Assembly: GCF_964204645.1 (NCBI RefSeq)
Contig: NC_134027.1
Coordinates: 9,146,485-9,210,484 of the forward strand
DNA length: 64,000 nt
Reading direction: 5' to 3'
DNA from: Tubulanus polymorphus
Lineage: Eukaryota; Animalia; Nemertea
This document shows, piece by piece, positions 1-12,600 of the stretch. How positions within the stretch are numbered: the first letter of the stretch is position 1; each line of letters starts with the position of its first letter. The position numbers and the translations under genes were made by a program. The notes under the pieces are model-generated. The model worked only from the letters and a program-made list of their open reading frames with translations. It searched no databases and was not told where the DNA came from.

Positions 1-298
1 CATCTGTAAATTTTCCATTTCGTTCGTCAGCGCAGGTCGGCGTATCATCTGCATTTCATACTCCCACAAATATTTGTATAAGTCCTATTTGAAGTTGGCT
101 GTAATTGTCGCTGCAAACGATTAAAGATTCGGAGAATTATCCATTGTGATTTAGTGTTCCCATTTCTGAATAACATCAACTAGGAACAAAATAATCACTG
201 GCCCGGATGGCGTTCATATTGCAGTATGGGTGTTTGTTTAAACTTATGTACATATGCGTATCATTTGTTGTAATTTGGTAACTGAATTGAGTAGTATA

Positions 299-445
299 CA
301 GGGCCGTACCTAGCACTAGGGTTGGAAAGGGGGGGGGGCGATAAACTCCAAAAGGGCAGTTCTATAGGATATAACAATAATATTTGCACCTTTCAAAAAT
401 ATTTCTAGGTGGGGGAACTCCCCTGCCCTGCTGAATACGGCCTTG
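299..445. mobile_element. MITE-like element, CAGGGCCGTACCTAGC terminal-inverted-repeat family, copy 1
   Basis: Starts CAGGGCCGTACCTAGC and ends GCTGAATACGGCCTTG (imperfect TIR). Same termini at 10851-10978 and 36654-37031. Confidence 0.65.
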
Positions 446-1904
446 GAGTATCGTGGTCGGTTCTTACCACGAACTTACGTTGTTGGAACTTTCTGAAAAT
501 CATTTTCTATGATAACTAACTAAAGACATAAATTGCTGATCCGTTTGGAAGTGACGTAATGGCTCTTTTTATTTTGCGGATATTTAGCTACGGCCGGCTA
601 ATGTATCACCTAAATTATTGTTTTTACATCCTAGCCTTCTTCCAAATACACCGAAAGATCCTCTTTGCGCTACATTTCAACTGATTATGAAGAAATGAGA
701 TTGAAAACACGAGGGTTATTAACGCGTGAACTTCATTTTGTACTGCGGCGACAAACGCAGGCAGAAGCCGCTATCAGAGCGGTCGTTGGCGATGTCCCTC
801 GAGGACAGTTAATTTGTCGGCAGCGTCTCCATAACAATCCAATTTCAGGTTCTTCACATATTTGAAACATTAGCGAAGCTTCGAGAGTTGTCAAATGGAC
901 GAGCGACGCCGTGAAATGTTAATAAACAGACGACTGCTAGTTGTTAAGTCCACCCTCTCGTGCATAAATATACGTATCGCATTCGGTGCAACAAAATACA
1001 TCGAATATTTTCGAAATAGATTCTCAATTTACACAGTGTGAAAGGTTTCGAGCATGGATAAAATTCGGGTAAGCTAAGAAATGAAAGGAGTTAGTCGCAT
1101 GGCGAAGAACTTGCTCGTTACTTTTCTAAGCTTCGTTTTCGTCCATAAAGGCGCCCGCGGTCAATGAAGGCCAAATGCCCCTTCCTTCTCCCGATATAGA
1201 AATGGAAAGGATACATGAGAGAATAAGAAAAAACCAAATATAAGTGAATTGATGAATTAGGTTCAATCGATTGGAATGTTAATACTTCTAATGCATGTGG
1301 CGTTGAAGTAGTTTGTAAAAAAAGAGAAAAGACAAACGTACCACCGGCACGTGACAGCGAATAGAAATATTCAAATATTGCTCCTGGACCTACGTCATAT
1401 TATGCTGTGACATTTCCAGAAATACAGACGTACGAAGAAGCCCCGCAACGAGTGTTTCTGACGATTTTTTGGTGTGTGTAGAAAATATAAATTCAATTAA
1501 AGGTGAATGCCATTTTGGAAAAACACCGTTTGATCTATTATCGGATTTATGATGGCGACAACAGCAAACAGTTAAAAGGAAATGTCATTTCGTTTGACTT
1601 ATCATGTAATCGGAGGAACTGCTGAAGCGGGTTCGGCAGTGTTTACATCCGCGTACAAACCGTGCGGATCTCAGAACACCAATATCTGTATCATATATTA
1701 GTTAGTTTGCTTATAAGATTTTCCTTAATTCATATACGGAGATGATAAGAAATGGTATAGGGCTGTGAATGAACCAATTTTTAATATCCTAATTCACGTC
1801 CCATAATTTTGAATTAAACATTTCCTTCGTTATTCCCGAAGCTGTGTACCGTTGCTTACGTATGTACAAATCGTCTCAGGTGACGTATTTTCTGATATTT
1901 CTAG

Positions 1905-4900
1905 ATATAAAGTCTTCAGAGTATTTACCAAATCGCCCACTGACGCCGACGTCATCCGAAAACTACTGGAAAACGAGCTGCAAGAGGTATTCAGTTCATT
2001 ATTCGAATCAGAATGTAGTCACCTGATACCAAGACGCTATGTTACACAGAAGTTTCTGAAATTTTGCATTTCTATTGATTCATTCAAAAAGGAATTACGT
2101 TCAACTAGGCTAATACACTAAACGACCAGTCTCAATGTCTAGGATGCGAAAAATCTGAACTAGCTCAAATACACTGCCTTAATGAAATAGAAACAGAATT
2201 CTGAATAAGGTGTTCCTCTTTTACTTAACCATCGGTGGTATTTTTGTTGCGTTTTACAGCAGTTGGACGTCTGGAGCGAAAATGTTGACATCGGCGGCAT
2301 GCTAACGGTCGACATAATGGTACCACGTCATCTGGTGGACTTCGTTAGCGAAACCTTTCAAGATTCTGGAATCAAATATTCAATATTGATCGATGACATC
2401 CAAAGGTTAGTACCATAGACTCTACTCACCTTGGATTATAGCCTGCTCGAAAATATTTTAAGATTTTTCCTTTTTTTAAATTATTTTCAAATAAAAATCC
2501 GTCATTTGCTTGGCGTCGCTTACGTCGGCTTATCGTTGAGCGCAGTCATATTTCAATGGCGCAATCGGTATTTTCTTTGCTTACCTCGGAGATTCCGTGA
2601 CCGTATGTGTTTTCCAGTGGAGCGGGCGAACAGGGCCTATCGGTTCTCAAAGGTGATCGTCAAAAACGTTTTATCCCGTACAGATCTTCCCTTAAGCTAC
2701 ACGATTCTACGTAGGCATTCATGAACATCACAATTAGACTTTTTGATCATATTAATAATAAGAATATCTATTTCCATCTGAAAAATTGTGACAAAATATA
2801 AAACAATTTTTAGAGATTATAATATGAAGAGGTTATAGGTATTCATTGGATGCAAAATTGGTTATATTGCTTCTATGAGACACTCCTTTTACTGCCTACA
2901 AGGTAAATATGGAGGTCGAAATTTCATTCAAAAAATGTGATAGTGCTCACGACACTCCGGTTGCTAGCTCATCGAAAATCTATTGGTTCCGCGAGATCCG
3001 AGGTATGCGGAGTTTACTGAATTCCCTTTGACCACATCTCTGACCATACTGAGTGTAAGTACGACTCGTCGTCAGGTCGACGGGAGTTCGGACGTTAATG
3101 GAAGCTTATGAAAGCGCTGGCCAGTTTCTAAAAGAAAGACTCAACATCCTTTCGACGGATGTCTACTGCCAATCAGCCGAAGGGGATGTATCTTGTTGCA
3201 GGAATTATTTCCGCCTGCGGAAGCGCGTTGGTAGACGTCAAACTTTTCAGTGTCAATGTCAGACCGAATATTGCAGTCGGTCGGACCTCTTGATGGCGGG
3301 GATCTAGGAAAACTGGAAGACGGGCATCCAAAAGAAAAGAAAAGTCATTTTCGGATAAAGGACTCATGTTTAAGGCAACTTGTGGGGTCTCTCAATTTAA
3401 GGTTATGCAGATTAGGCAGAGATACGTCCTAAAATTTGCCAGGTTGAACAATCTGTCTTGGCGAAAAGGACAACTATCAATGGGAAAGAAAGGGTCCGGG
3501 CCCTGAGACCACCCCCTAAATCCACCGGTGTCATGTGGTCGGTATAGTAGATAACAATGGAAACAACAGCACGTGTAGCACATGCTTCATATATCCTTGT
3601 CTTTGATACCGCGGGTAGACATTGAATGCGTAATTTCATCATATAAAAACCTACAGCCACTTTGATGGATGAACGAAGTACACCTACATGCACGACTAAG
3701 TCCAAGGTAATAACGTTATTTGAAAGTCGGTTACAGCTCTATACGTCGTATATGTATAAGTATGTTGTCGGCGTCTCCTGAAATTTGTATTATGGAATTA
3801 TGGGGATTCATTGTTCATTCTAAACCATAGTTTTCAAATGATTAACTATTTACAGCGTTTGATACATAGACGTTTAAATCGTGTACAATTCAACTGAAGC
3901 CCAACTTTAAACATAATTTCTCAAGAAGATACAACTATCGATTATAGTTCAGATCAGATTTGTCAGATTTGTATAATCATCTAACAATTATTTTACTCGG
4001 GGCTCAACATCTTTAATGCTTTCAGATATGTATTCTTCTAACTTGGCTTTATGGCCTAGTTCAGAATGAAATATTTCAAACGATGCTGGGTCCATTAGAT
4101 TAATTTCATTTTATTCGAATTCATATTCAGTGACCCATATGAATTATGCTGCTTTGACGTGATATCGCGTACCGTGATCTTTACGTTTTTTTTTTCTTAT
4201 AGTTTCCCTCCAAAAATAACAAACGCGGCTATCCCCCAAAGCTGTACTGGTGAAATCCCTTCTCACTCTCGGCCGGGATTAAAGTCATCCGAGTGCAAAG
4301 AAAGTTCAAAGGGATCTCCCCAATTTCATTATAGAAAAATAATCCGCATAGTCCGTAAACATAATCTATTATCATCGAACCAATCCCCTCTATAAAATAG
4401 GCTTTTATCTCTCTGCAATATCAATCTAGATGTTACTTTCATAGTGTTGATGGACGTTTTTTTATTGTTTAATATCTTTGAACACAACCGTTACTTACTT
4501 GATTATTCAGCGGCGGGGGAGAATAGGGTTTTTATATTTCAAACAAAGAAAAAATGTCTACCTCGGTCGTCCTCTTGAATAATTGCTTTCAGCCCGCGAA
4601 CATGGGAGATGTGAGAGTCCATTTTACAAAACTTTTTCTGATTTTCAATGTGACTTACTTTTCATTGTCGGATTATTTTTACTCGAAATTATTTGCAGGT
4701 ACTTATCAGCAATTTGAACGCGATTTATTTTTCATAGCGGAATTATTTTCGATGGAATTAATTTTTTCAAGACGAAATTATTTTCACTTACGAATATATT
4801 ATTTTCACTTACGAATATATTATGATGGAAATCTATTTTTTCATGGACGTGATTACTTTTTTAATTTATTTTTTCATATTTTTCATGTCCCTTATCAGCC

Positions 4901-7900
4901 ATCACAGTATAGCATGTAGCCTGTGCACATGTATACTTTTATTCATTTATTCACATGTTTTATTTTTCAGATTAATTGATTTAGAAGCCGAGTCGCTGCG
5001 GCGTAGCAATAAATCTCGGACAAAACGATCTCTGGAAGAAACGAACGAAATCATCCCCGAAAGACCGCTTTACGTGAAAGAAACCGTTCTTGGTCGATAT
5101 CCACGCTACCACGAGGTACGCCGGTATAACACGTCCATTGAAAGTACTAACAAAAGCATCTATAGACAGAGTTACAAAAAGGAGAAATCTGAAAGTTATG
5201 ATTCTTTGGTTCATGGGCTATATATAGTAGTATATGCGATAGGGATCTAATTTCTTGAGTAATTTCACTTTGACATTTAAAAAAATTATAAAATATACGT
5301 TAATGGTATCAACTTACAATGCGGGGCTGAGGCTTTGAAATAGGATCATTCAAAAATTGAAGTAATTTGAATATAACCACGTTTTTCTTGTACATAGATG
5401 CTAGTCTGGATGTCGAGAGTGGCGGCTCACCATCCTGATATTGCCAGTTTGGTAGATATCGGATATTCGTTCGAAGGAAGAAAACTTCAACTACTCAAGG
5501 TATCTGTCAACTAAATCTACTTCAACAAGTACAAATATCTCTGCCGTAATGACAGTGTATTTTGCAGCTGATTTCGCGCCGAGTCGTTACCGCGGAATCG
5601 ATCTAAAAACATTAGTTTTAACCACGTATTACCACACAGGAGCAAGACTTGGTCGATAGTGAAAGATTCTACTATAGCCAAGGATTTTGAAATTATAACT
5701 TTGAAAATGAATTACTGTTGCTAAAATCGTCGATTTATACATATGACCCAATTTGACTTCGGCTGGCAGATCATGTCTATGCACATCCTCACTTGCCAGG
5801 GCTTGATTGCCTCCCGCGAAGCCAACACAAACACTGGCCGCAAGCCCTTTATTGGTCTATTGCATTACCCCAAGATTTCTTGGGCGGAGAGGTTGTCGCA
5901 AAGCGGCCACCAGTCTATATATTAAGCCAATCAGATGCGTTGTTTTCCACCAGACGATTCGCTTACACATCTGATTGGCTAGATAAATAGTTTGGTGGCC
6001 GCTTATTGGAAACATGTCCGCCCAAGAAATCTTGGGCAGGGTGAGCTTCAGCGGGAGGCAATCAAACCCTGGCAAGCAATGATGGTCTAATCCCGAGCAC
6101 CTGATTTGGTGTTTTTGTTCGAATCGTTACTCATCACTCCACAACATCCCACTTAAACATCGTATTCCTATGTCACCTCTGTCGTATAGATTGGCAGTCG
6201 TTTGCACGAAGATAAACCAGCGATATGGGTCGATGGTGGTACACATGGCCGAGAATGGATTGCGCCGGCCACCGCTTTGTTCATAATTGACCAGGTAATC
6301 AATTGAGCTTTACGTTATGTCTTTGTTTCCCCACTCCATTTCCAATATCGAAATGGACTGCAAAAAAACCTTCTGAATAATCCTCCAGCTTCATTCATTT
6401 ACGTAATACAATTAAACTTGATATTGATGGGCTAGTGGGCGGGATAGCGACCTAGATCCCAGAGACGCATGACTCAGGACTTTACAATCATGATAGATGT
6501 GAACATTTAACCAATCGTTCTTAACACATATATTTCCTTATGCCCACAGTTAGTTTCCAACTACGACAAGAAAAGAGACATCAAAGAACTGGTGGACATT
6601 TATGATTGGTACATTATGCCGGTCTTAAATCCAGACGGTTACGAGTTTTCCCACTCATCGGTAAGGTCCTGAAATTCCAGCTACACAGTTTATAGTTTCC
6701 TATACTAGACAACAAGAACAACAATCGGTATTTGAATATTTCAAATGATCTAACATTGATTGTTCTCAGAATCGTCTGTGGCGAAAAACGAGGAGTTTCA
6801 CTTCAGGAAGTAATTGCAGAGGAGTCGACGCGAACAGAAATTTTGGATACAAATGGAAAGGTGAGAGTAAAGTGTTATACTGTATCGATGATTCTTGCGT
6901 TTCATTGAAATTAGCTTGCAAGTTATCAACTTACAACGGACCTCTGACTGAGTATCTTACTGTTCCTGTTCGTTCTAATGCATAGAATGCGAACGGCGTA
7001 GTTACGGAGGGCGACAGTGCTACAGCGACAACCCTTGCGAATCGATTTATGCCGGTCCTCGACCGTTTTCCGAAAAGGAAACCCGCGCCAAAAGGGACTT
7101 CCTGCTGTCAATAAAAAGAAACGTGAAGATCGTATTCAGCTTGCATTGTTACTCGCAGTTGTGGCTTACACCATGGGCGTACACGAAGACGCAACCAGAA
7201 AATTATAAAAGACTTGTAAGTCATTTTACGATTATAAAGATCTTTAAAACACAAAATATTGTTTGATGGGCTATGACAAGCTTATATTTGGATCACAATT
7301 TCTTCGTATTTACAGCTAACTGTTGCAAGGGCTGGTATCAGAGCTATTAGATTGAAGCATAACAGAGTCTACAACGTTGGTTCACCTGCCAGACTTTTAT
7401 GTAAGTTTTTACACAGAAAATCCCAATTCAGGCTCCACGATACATGGTATAAACGCTTTTGGTTAGAGGTTTAAGATATCGCCCGTCTTACTTTAAACTG
7501 CTTCCAGAATATTAAACTTGATGTAATCAAGTAACTTATTAGAATAAGACTTAGAAAATTGATACATTGTTTCTCATTTCTGGCGAGTTGACCCGGCCGG
7601 CCGCCTATCTACCCTGCACACCTTTTGAAAAATCATGATCAATACCATAACTATGGTGGCTGATAAGGGCCATAGCGTAAAATTCCTGGTATGTAAATGA
7701 GGGCGCCAGAACGCCAGAACGCCAAAACGAAAAAAAACGTCAAATTTTCTCTGAAAGTCCGTTTTTGCGCACCAAAACAAAGAATATTCCGTTTTGGCGC
7801 CCCGCCAAAACAAACATCCATTTTGGCGCCCCGCCAAAACAACGAAAAACGTCGAAATTCCTCAGATGCGGCATATATAGAAATGAACTGTCATAAAGAA

Positions 7901-8822
7901 TGTTATTGCAGTTTACAAAAATGACCCGGCTGATAAAGAGATTAGAAACGAGGTATCATTTTTTCTTAGCATAGAGAAATTTTGACAAGATGATTCTTTC
8001 ACAGATGCAGCGGGCGGAAGTGCCCTCGATTGGACGTGGGGTACGTTGAAGGCCGAATATGTTTACACACTTGAATTACCCGACCAAGGTCAACTTGGAT
8101 TTCTTCTTCCGGTCGAAGCCATATATCCCGTAGCCGACGAAACCTTTGAGGGAATAAAAGCTGTCGCTCACTTAACGTCGCCTGAGTTCAAAACGACCGC
8201 CACCCTGAAACCAAATAACGGCCCGCTACACGGATCCAACAGTGGCAGAATCACTGGTCCAAACGACTCGATCGGTGATTTGTCCAACTCGAAAGGCAAA
8301 GGCATTAATGCTGATTCAACGAATGATCCTAATGGTTATCGCGTTGTAGATTCTTCTTTAAACGAAATAAACTCTGAAAATGTGAACGTAAATGCTTTAC
8401 CCAACGAAAGTCCGCTTGTGGAGGGCTTGGAGGAAATATTTTCACCGAATCAAATGTCTTCGAATGAAGTAACCGAAGATGTTGCTGAGAACAATGCTGT
8501 GGCCACACGGCCACCAGTTGCTGCTGGACAGATAATCGAAGCTATTGAACATGATTTAAACAGCATTAAAGACACGAATAGTAGATCGAATAACGCTTCA
8601 AGCAGGGCTAGGTTCGACGCGTTGGAATCTAACATGGCTATCGTGTCGGACATGGCCGCCGCTCATAGACCGCCTCCTTACGAAGCCAGTGTCGAATCTC
8701 GGAATAGCTCAGTTCCTACAGACGCGCAAGAAACCGCTACAAAATTCAACGAATCGGCCGTGTCTGACACGGAAACGATTTCGACAACGGAAATCGAAGA
8801 CTTTGAAGTCATTCACCACTGA
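1905..8822 (+). CDS. Zinc metallocarboxypeptidase, peptidase M14A (carboxypeptidase A/B-like), multi-exon; signal-peptide exon(s) unresolved
   Basis: Exons at about 1905-1986 (YKVFRV.. propeptide), 2262-2405, 4971-5115, 5398-5499, 6190-6294 (DGGTHGREWI, Zn ligands H69/E72), 6550-6660 (PVLNPDGY), 6770-6860 (LWRKTR..GVDANRNF), 6986-7215 (PFSEKET..LHCYSQ, H196), 7316-7400 and 8005-8822 (YAAGGSALDW..TLELPD, E270). Splice phases are compatible. AATAAA at ~8885. A candidate signal exon at 207-277 (MAFILQYGCLFKLMYICVSFVVI) could not be spliced cleanly. Confidence 0.93.
4600..4900. repeat. AT-rich intronic repeat with internal tandem subrepeats
   Basis: Repeated TTATTTTCACTTACGAATATAT and TTATTTTTTCA units; style resembles the element at 38815-39520. 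Confidence 0.4.
5792..6076. mobile_element. Foldback/palindromic MITE (~285 bp) in a carboxypeptidase intron
   Basis: CTTGCCAGGGCTTGATTGCCTCCCGC...GCGGGAGGCAATCAAACCCTGGCAAG. Inner arms CCCAAGATTTCTTGGGCGGA/TCCGCCCAAGAAATCTTGGG and AGCCAATCAGATG/CATCTGATTGGCT also pair. Confidence 0.8.
7575..7960. repeat. Dispersed repeat (second copy at ~42540-42715) interrupted by a nested GGCGCC-rich insertion at ~7698-7865
   Basis: AGTTGACCCGGCCGGCCGCCTATCTACCCT and TATAGAAATGAACTG..GTTTACAAAA also occur at 42543-42690 without the insertion. The insertion has TGAGG..CCTCA ends and two TTTTGGCGCCCCGCCAAAAC units. Confidence 0.65.
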
Positions 8823-9682
8823 AATACTAGGCTTTTCTGTACATAGTTATCCTTCATATTATCTGGTGTAAAATATTTGTTGTGAATAAAGTTTTGTTGG
8901 TTCGAATATTTGTTGATGAAAAATCGATTCATTATTTTATTCTTCATCGTATATTCTATATGACATAATATGTTATGAAATGTATAAACATGATATTTTC
9001 CCTTCTCGACAAACACCGCCATTATTGACATTTTCACCAAATATTTGCTTCAAAAGTATCGACGTTTTTAATTATTTTCATGTCGTATAAGTAGCCACTC
9101 GTCAAATATTATTTCATCACTTATCATAGAAAATGTTCGAATTTTATATTACCAAACGAAAAACGCGAAAAAGTTAGAAGATATGACGAAACTTGGACAA
9201 CGAGAAACAATATAATTATTAACATAAACACATTTACGGTCAATATACTCTTAAAACCTGGACACATTCATACAGTACGACGGTTCCGGTTTAAAGACCA
9301 TACACACGTCTTGGGATCAATTGCGACCTGTCCTTTGCTCAATTCAATTATAAGACACCTACTAGTATAATACACGCAAATATTCATTACGCATAAAGAA
9401 TGCATATCATATCTACCGGACATTATTTCGTACTGATACATCGGACCTAGTAAGTTGATCAAGTTAGTCGATTATCCCAAGGCTTAAGTAGGCCTACAAT
9501 AATACAGGAATTCAACTGTTGCAAGAAAATATATATCTGTTGGTCAGATTATTTGGAAATGAACGAAATACACATCGTTATCAAATCACGCCGTAAACTG
9601 TCTCTGAATGAAAGTTATATCATGTTGCTTGTCAATTTTATCATGAGGATTTGATAATATGTGATGATCGACAAACCCGAAG

Positions 9683-12600
9683 ATGGCTTATCAAGAAGCA
9701 ACGCAACCTACAACAACGATGGTCGGAACTGAACCGGACACAGGAGTCCGTCCTAACCCAGATAACGATGATGCAAAGGAAGTAGATGATGACTCAAAAT
9801 GCCTGGTGATTAACTCATGAAACTTTTGTGGCATTATTGAAATAAGTATTTACTATCTAGTAGTGGTAAACGAGCATAACGACATTTAATAGATTAGATA
9901 CGGTAGTTTATTTTGTTCAGCAAAAAGATATTTGCTTAGAGCAAAGAAAAACCTAAAATCTGTAATAATCAAATGTGGATAATAATCAAATATATACATA
10001 GAAATATATGGACATATCTATAGATTAAACTATAAATCTAATTTACTAAAATTAATTAGATTTAAATATGAGTCGACATTGCATATGCATTGTTATTTCA
10101 CCCAAAAACTAGCTATTTTCTTGTTAATAACAATTTTGAATGAATTTTCATAATAAAAAAAAAAATACAATAGAAAATGGAAGCTATATTCCATATGTCC
10201 TTCAGCAAACAAAATCCTTTGATATAATTTGTCTAATATAGGAGTCCCTTATCGAAGCATGCAAGTCAGGAAGATTGTCAGAAATAGAGTACTGTTTGGG
10301 TACCGTCAAGAAAGAGCGTATCAACGAAACTCTCGCTTCATCGGTAAGATTGTTACGAAATACTGATGTATAATTCTAAGACGTGTTAACAATAACATCT
10401 TCATGTATTGAAATTTGATGCAAAAAGACATATAAAAAGTTCGCGATTATATCATTCATTTAAGTTGGGATACGCAGCCATCCATTGTGTCGCAGCATAC
10501 CGAGGCCGAACTTGTGAAAACGCGATAGCAGCTCTGATTGGCGCCGGAGCCGACCCTAATTTACAATCCGCTGAATTACGGGAGACGCCGTTACATCTCG
10601 TTCTAAAAAACACCCGATGCAAATATCCCGAATCGACTATTCTAACTTTACTCGAACTCGGTGCCGATCCATGGATAAAGAATAAGGTACGGGGCACACT
10701 TGATTCACACTTATCACTAAATGTCTTCATAGATCCATACATAATCAATGTATGAATTTGGCATGAATTTTTACAAATATTATCAGAATACTGAGATAAA
10801 TATTATACAGTTGCGGTAATGGAGGACTCCCAAACGCTATCACACGCTTTCAGGGTCGTACCTAGCATTTCGAGGGTCCTGAAAAAGTACAGTCCCATTG
10901 GATATAACAATCATATTTGCAAAAAGGGCACTTTTCGAGAATTTCTGCCGGGCAAAGGCCCCGCTAGATACGGCCCTGGCTTTGAGAGCCCTAATGTATA
11001 CGCGTAATGGCAATGATGTAGATAGCGATGAAAGCCATCGATTGACAGCGTCTAAATGATAAGAATATTCGTTCATATGCGTTTTTCTTTTCAAACGAGA
11101 AGGCGTTGAGAACATCTTACGACGAGGCAACTACACGTGGAGTCGCATCACTTATCGACATATTAGGCTCGACGCACGAACTTCTACGTGACGAGGATGT
11201 AATGTCAATACAGGTATCATTCCTCGTGCCTTAGATTTACTGGAAATTAAGAATATTACATTACTCGTTACTCGCGTAGGATTAGGCGTTTCTCGTGGGT
11301 CAATAACGAGCAATTTTCCCGATTAAAACTGGTTTTAACGGTTGTCGTACAAGTTCGAACACCGGTGACAGCTGCGATCAGTAAAAAACAGGTGCCTTCA
11401 TTACACTCGAATTATTATTACTCGAACAGGTTCAAACAACAGTGACAAATTTTCGAACGACATTTATTTTCGTAAAAACTAAATGAACGCATTTAGGTAA
11501 GACTAGACATACATTGCCGAGAATATATCATCATCGAAGATATGTATTACGAAAGGTAATCATTCCAACAATTAATTCGCTATCTGCCTCGAAACGAAAA
11601 AAAAAAACAACAAACGTCGATCAATCATTCATTGCCTTCATTAACTTACAATCAATTGAGACTACGGTATTTGTTCAAAAGACATACACCATATCTCTTC
11701 ACTTAGACGTTGTTCGTTCGTCGCAATGGTTATATATGGTGGCATGGATTTTCAGATGTTTTGCTGTCTAAGTTGGCATCGTCGTCACAACTGAAAGAGA
11801 GAGGACTATAAGACTGCTTTGGGAGGGGTTTTAGGTTTATTCATTATGTCTAACGGCTTCGGTGTCGTTTTGATTTCAGGATGTGATCAGTAAATATCGT
11901 AAAGCATATCCGAGGATGTTCGATCGAGAAGTAGTAAGTTTGCTTGGGTTTCCGACTGTAATCATTCACCGTTTCTAGCGATTTGAAAAGTTCCCATTCA
12001 GCAGTCTTCTTTTTTTCTGAATTTAGAATCAACTGCATTTGCTCTGCATCGATGGTACTAAAAATGAAATTCAAAGATGCATTTTACAAGACAGGGCCAT
12101 GTTGTTCAGACATAACGAGGTCAGCTATTTCAATATTCAACAACACTGTTTCCGTAAACACGGCAATTCAACTATTTTGCAACGAATCAAAGATAAATTC
12201 AAAGTTGAAATATTTTTAGAATGGACTTCTGCCCATACACGTGGCTGTTCAACGCGAACTGGACGATACATCAGAGATACTGGACCTACTAGTCGAACAT
12301 AAAGCCGACGTTAACGGTAAAACAGTGGTCGATGGAGACACACCGTTACATATCGTTGTCCGGTTAGTCGGTTTACAGAAAGCTATTGAGCTCTCGAAAA
12401 AACTGATGTCGCTTGGGGCCAACACGAAATCTCGAAACCGGGTAGGCCTAAATATTATGTTATTACTAGCCTTTAAAAATCCATTCAGTTGTCATGGACA
12501 CTTGATTATAATTGTATTCCCATTCGATCGTAAAAGTCCTGCGGTACATGCATTTATCTTTGTTTAACTTAAGCCACAACTTATGCTGTATGGTCTTCAT

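Noticed and set aside
665-1167. Candidate first exons of the carboxypeptidase (ORF 665-865; MKGVSRMAKNLLVTFLSFVF at 1081)
   Set aside because: Could not be joined to both a start codon and the 1905 exon with consistent phases and good splice sites; left unresolved.
7698-7865. CRISPR-like repeat-spacer appearance of TTTTGGCGCCCCGCCAAAAC units
   Set aside because: Only two or three degenerate units with very short spacers, eukaryotic intron context and no cas genes; better explained as MITE subrepeats.
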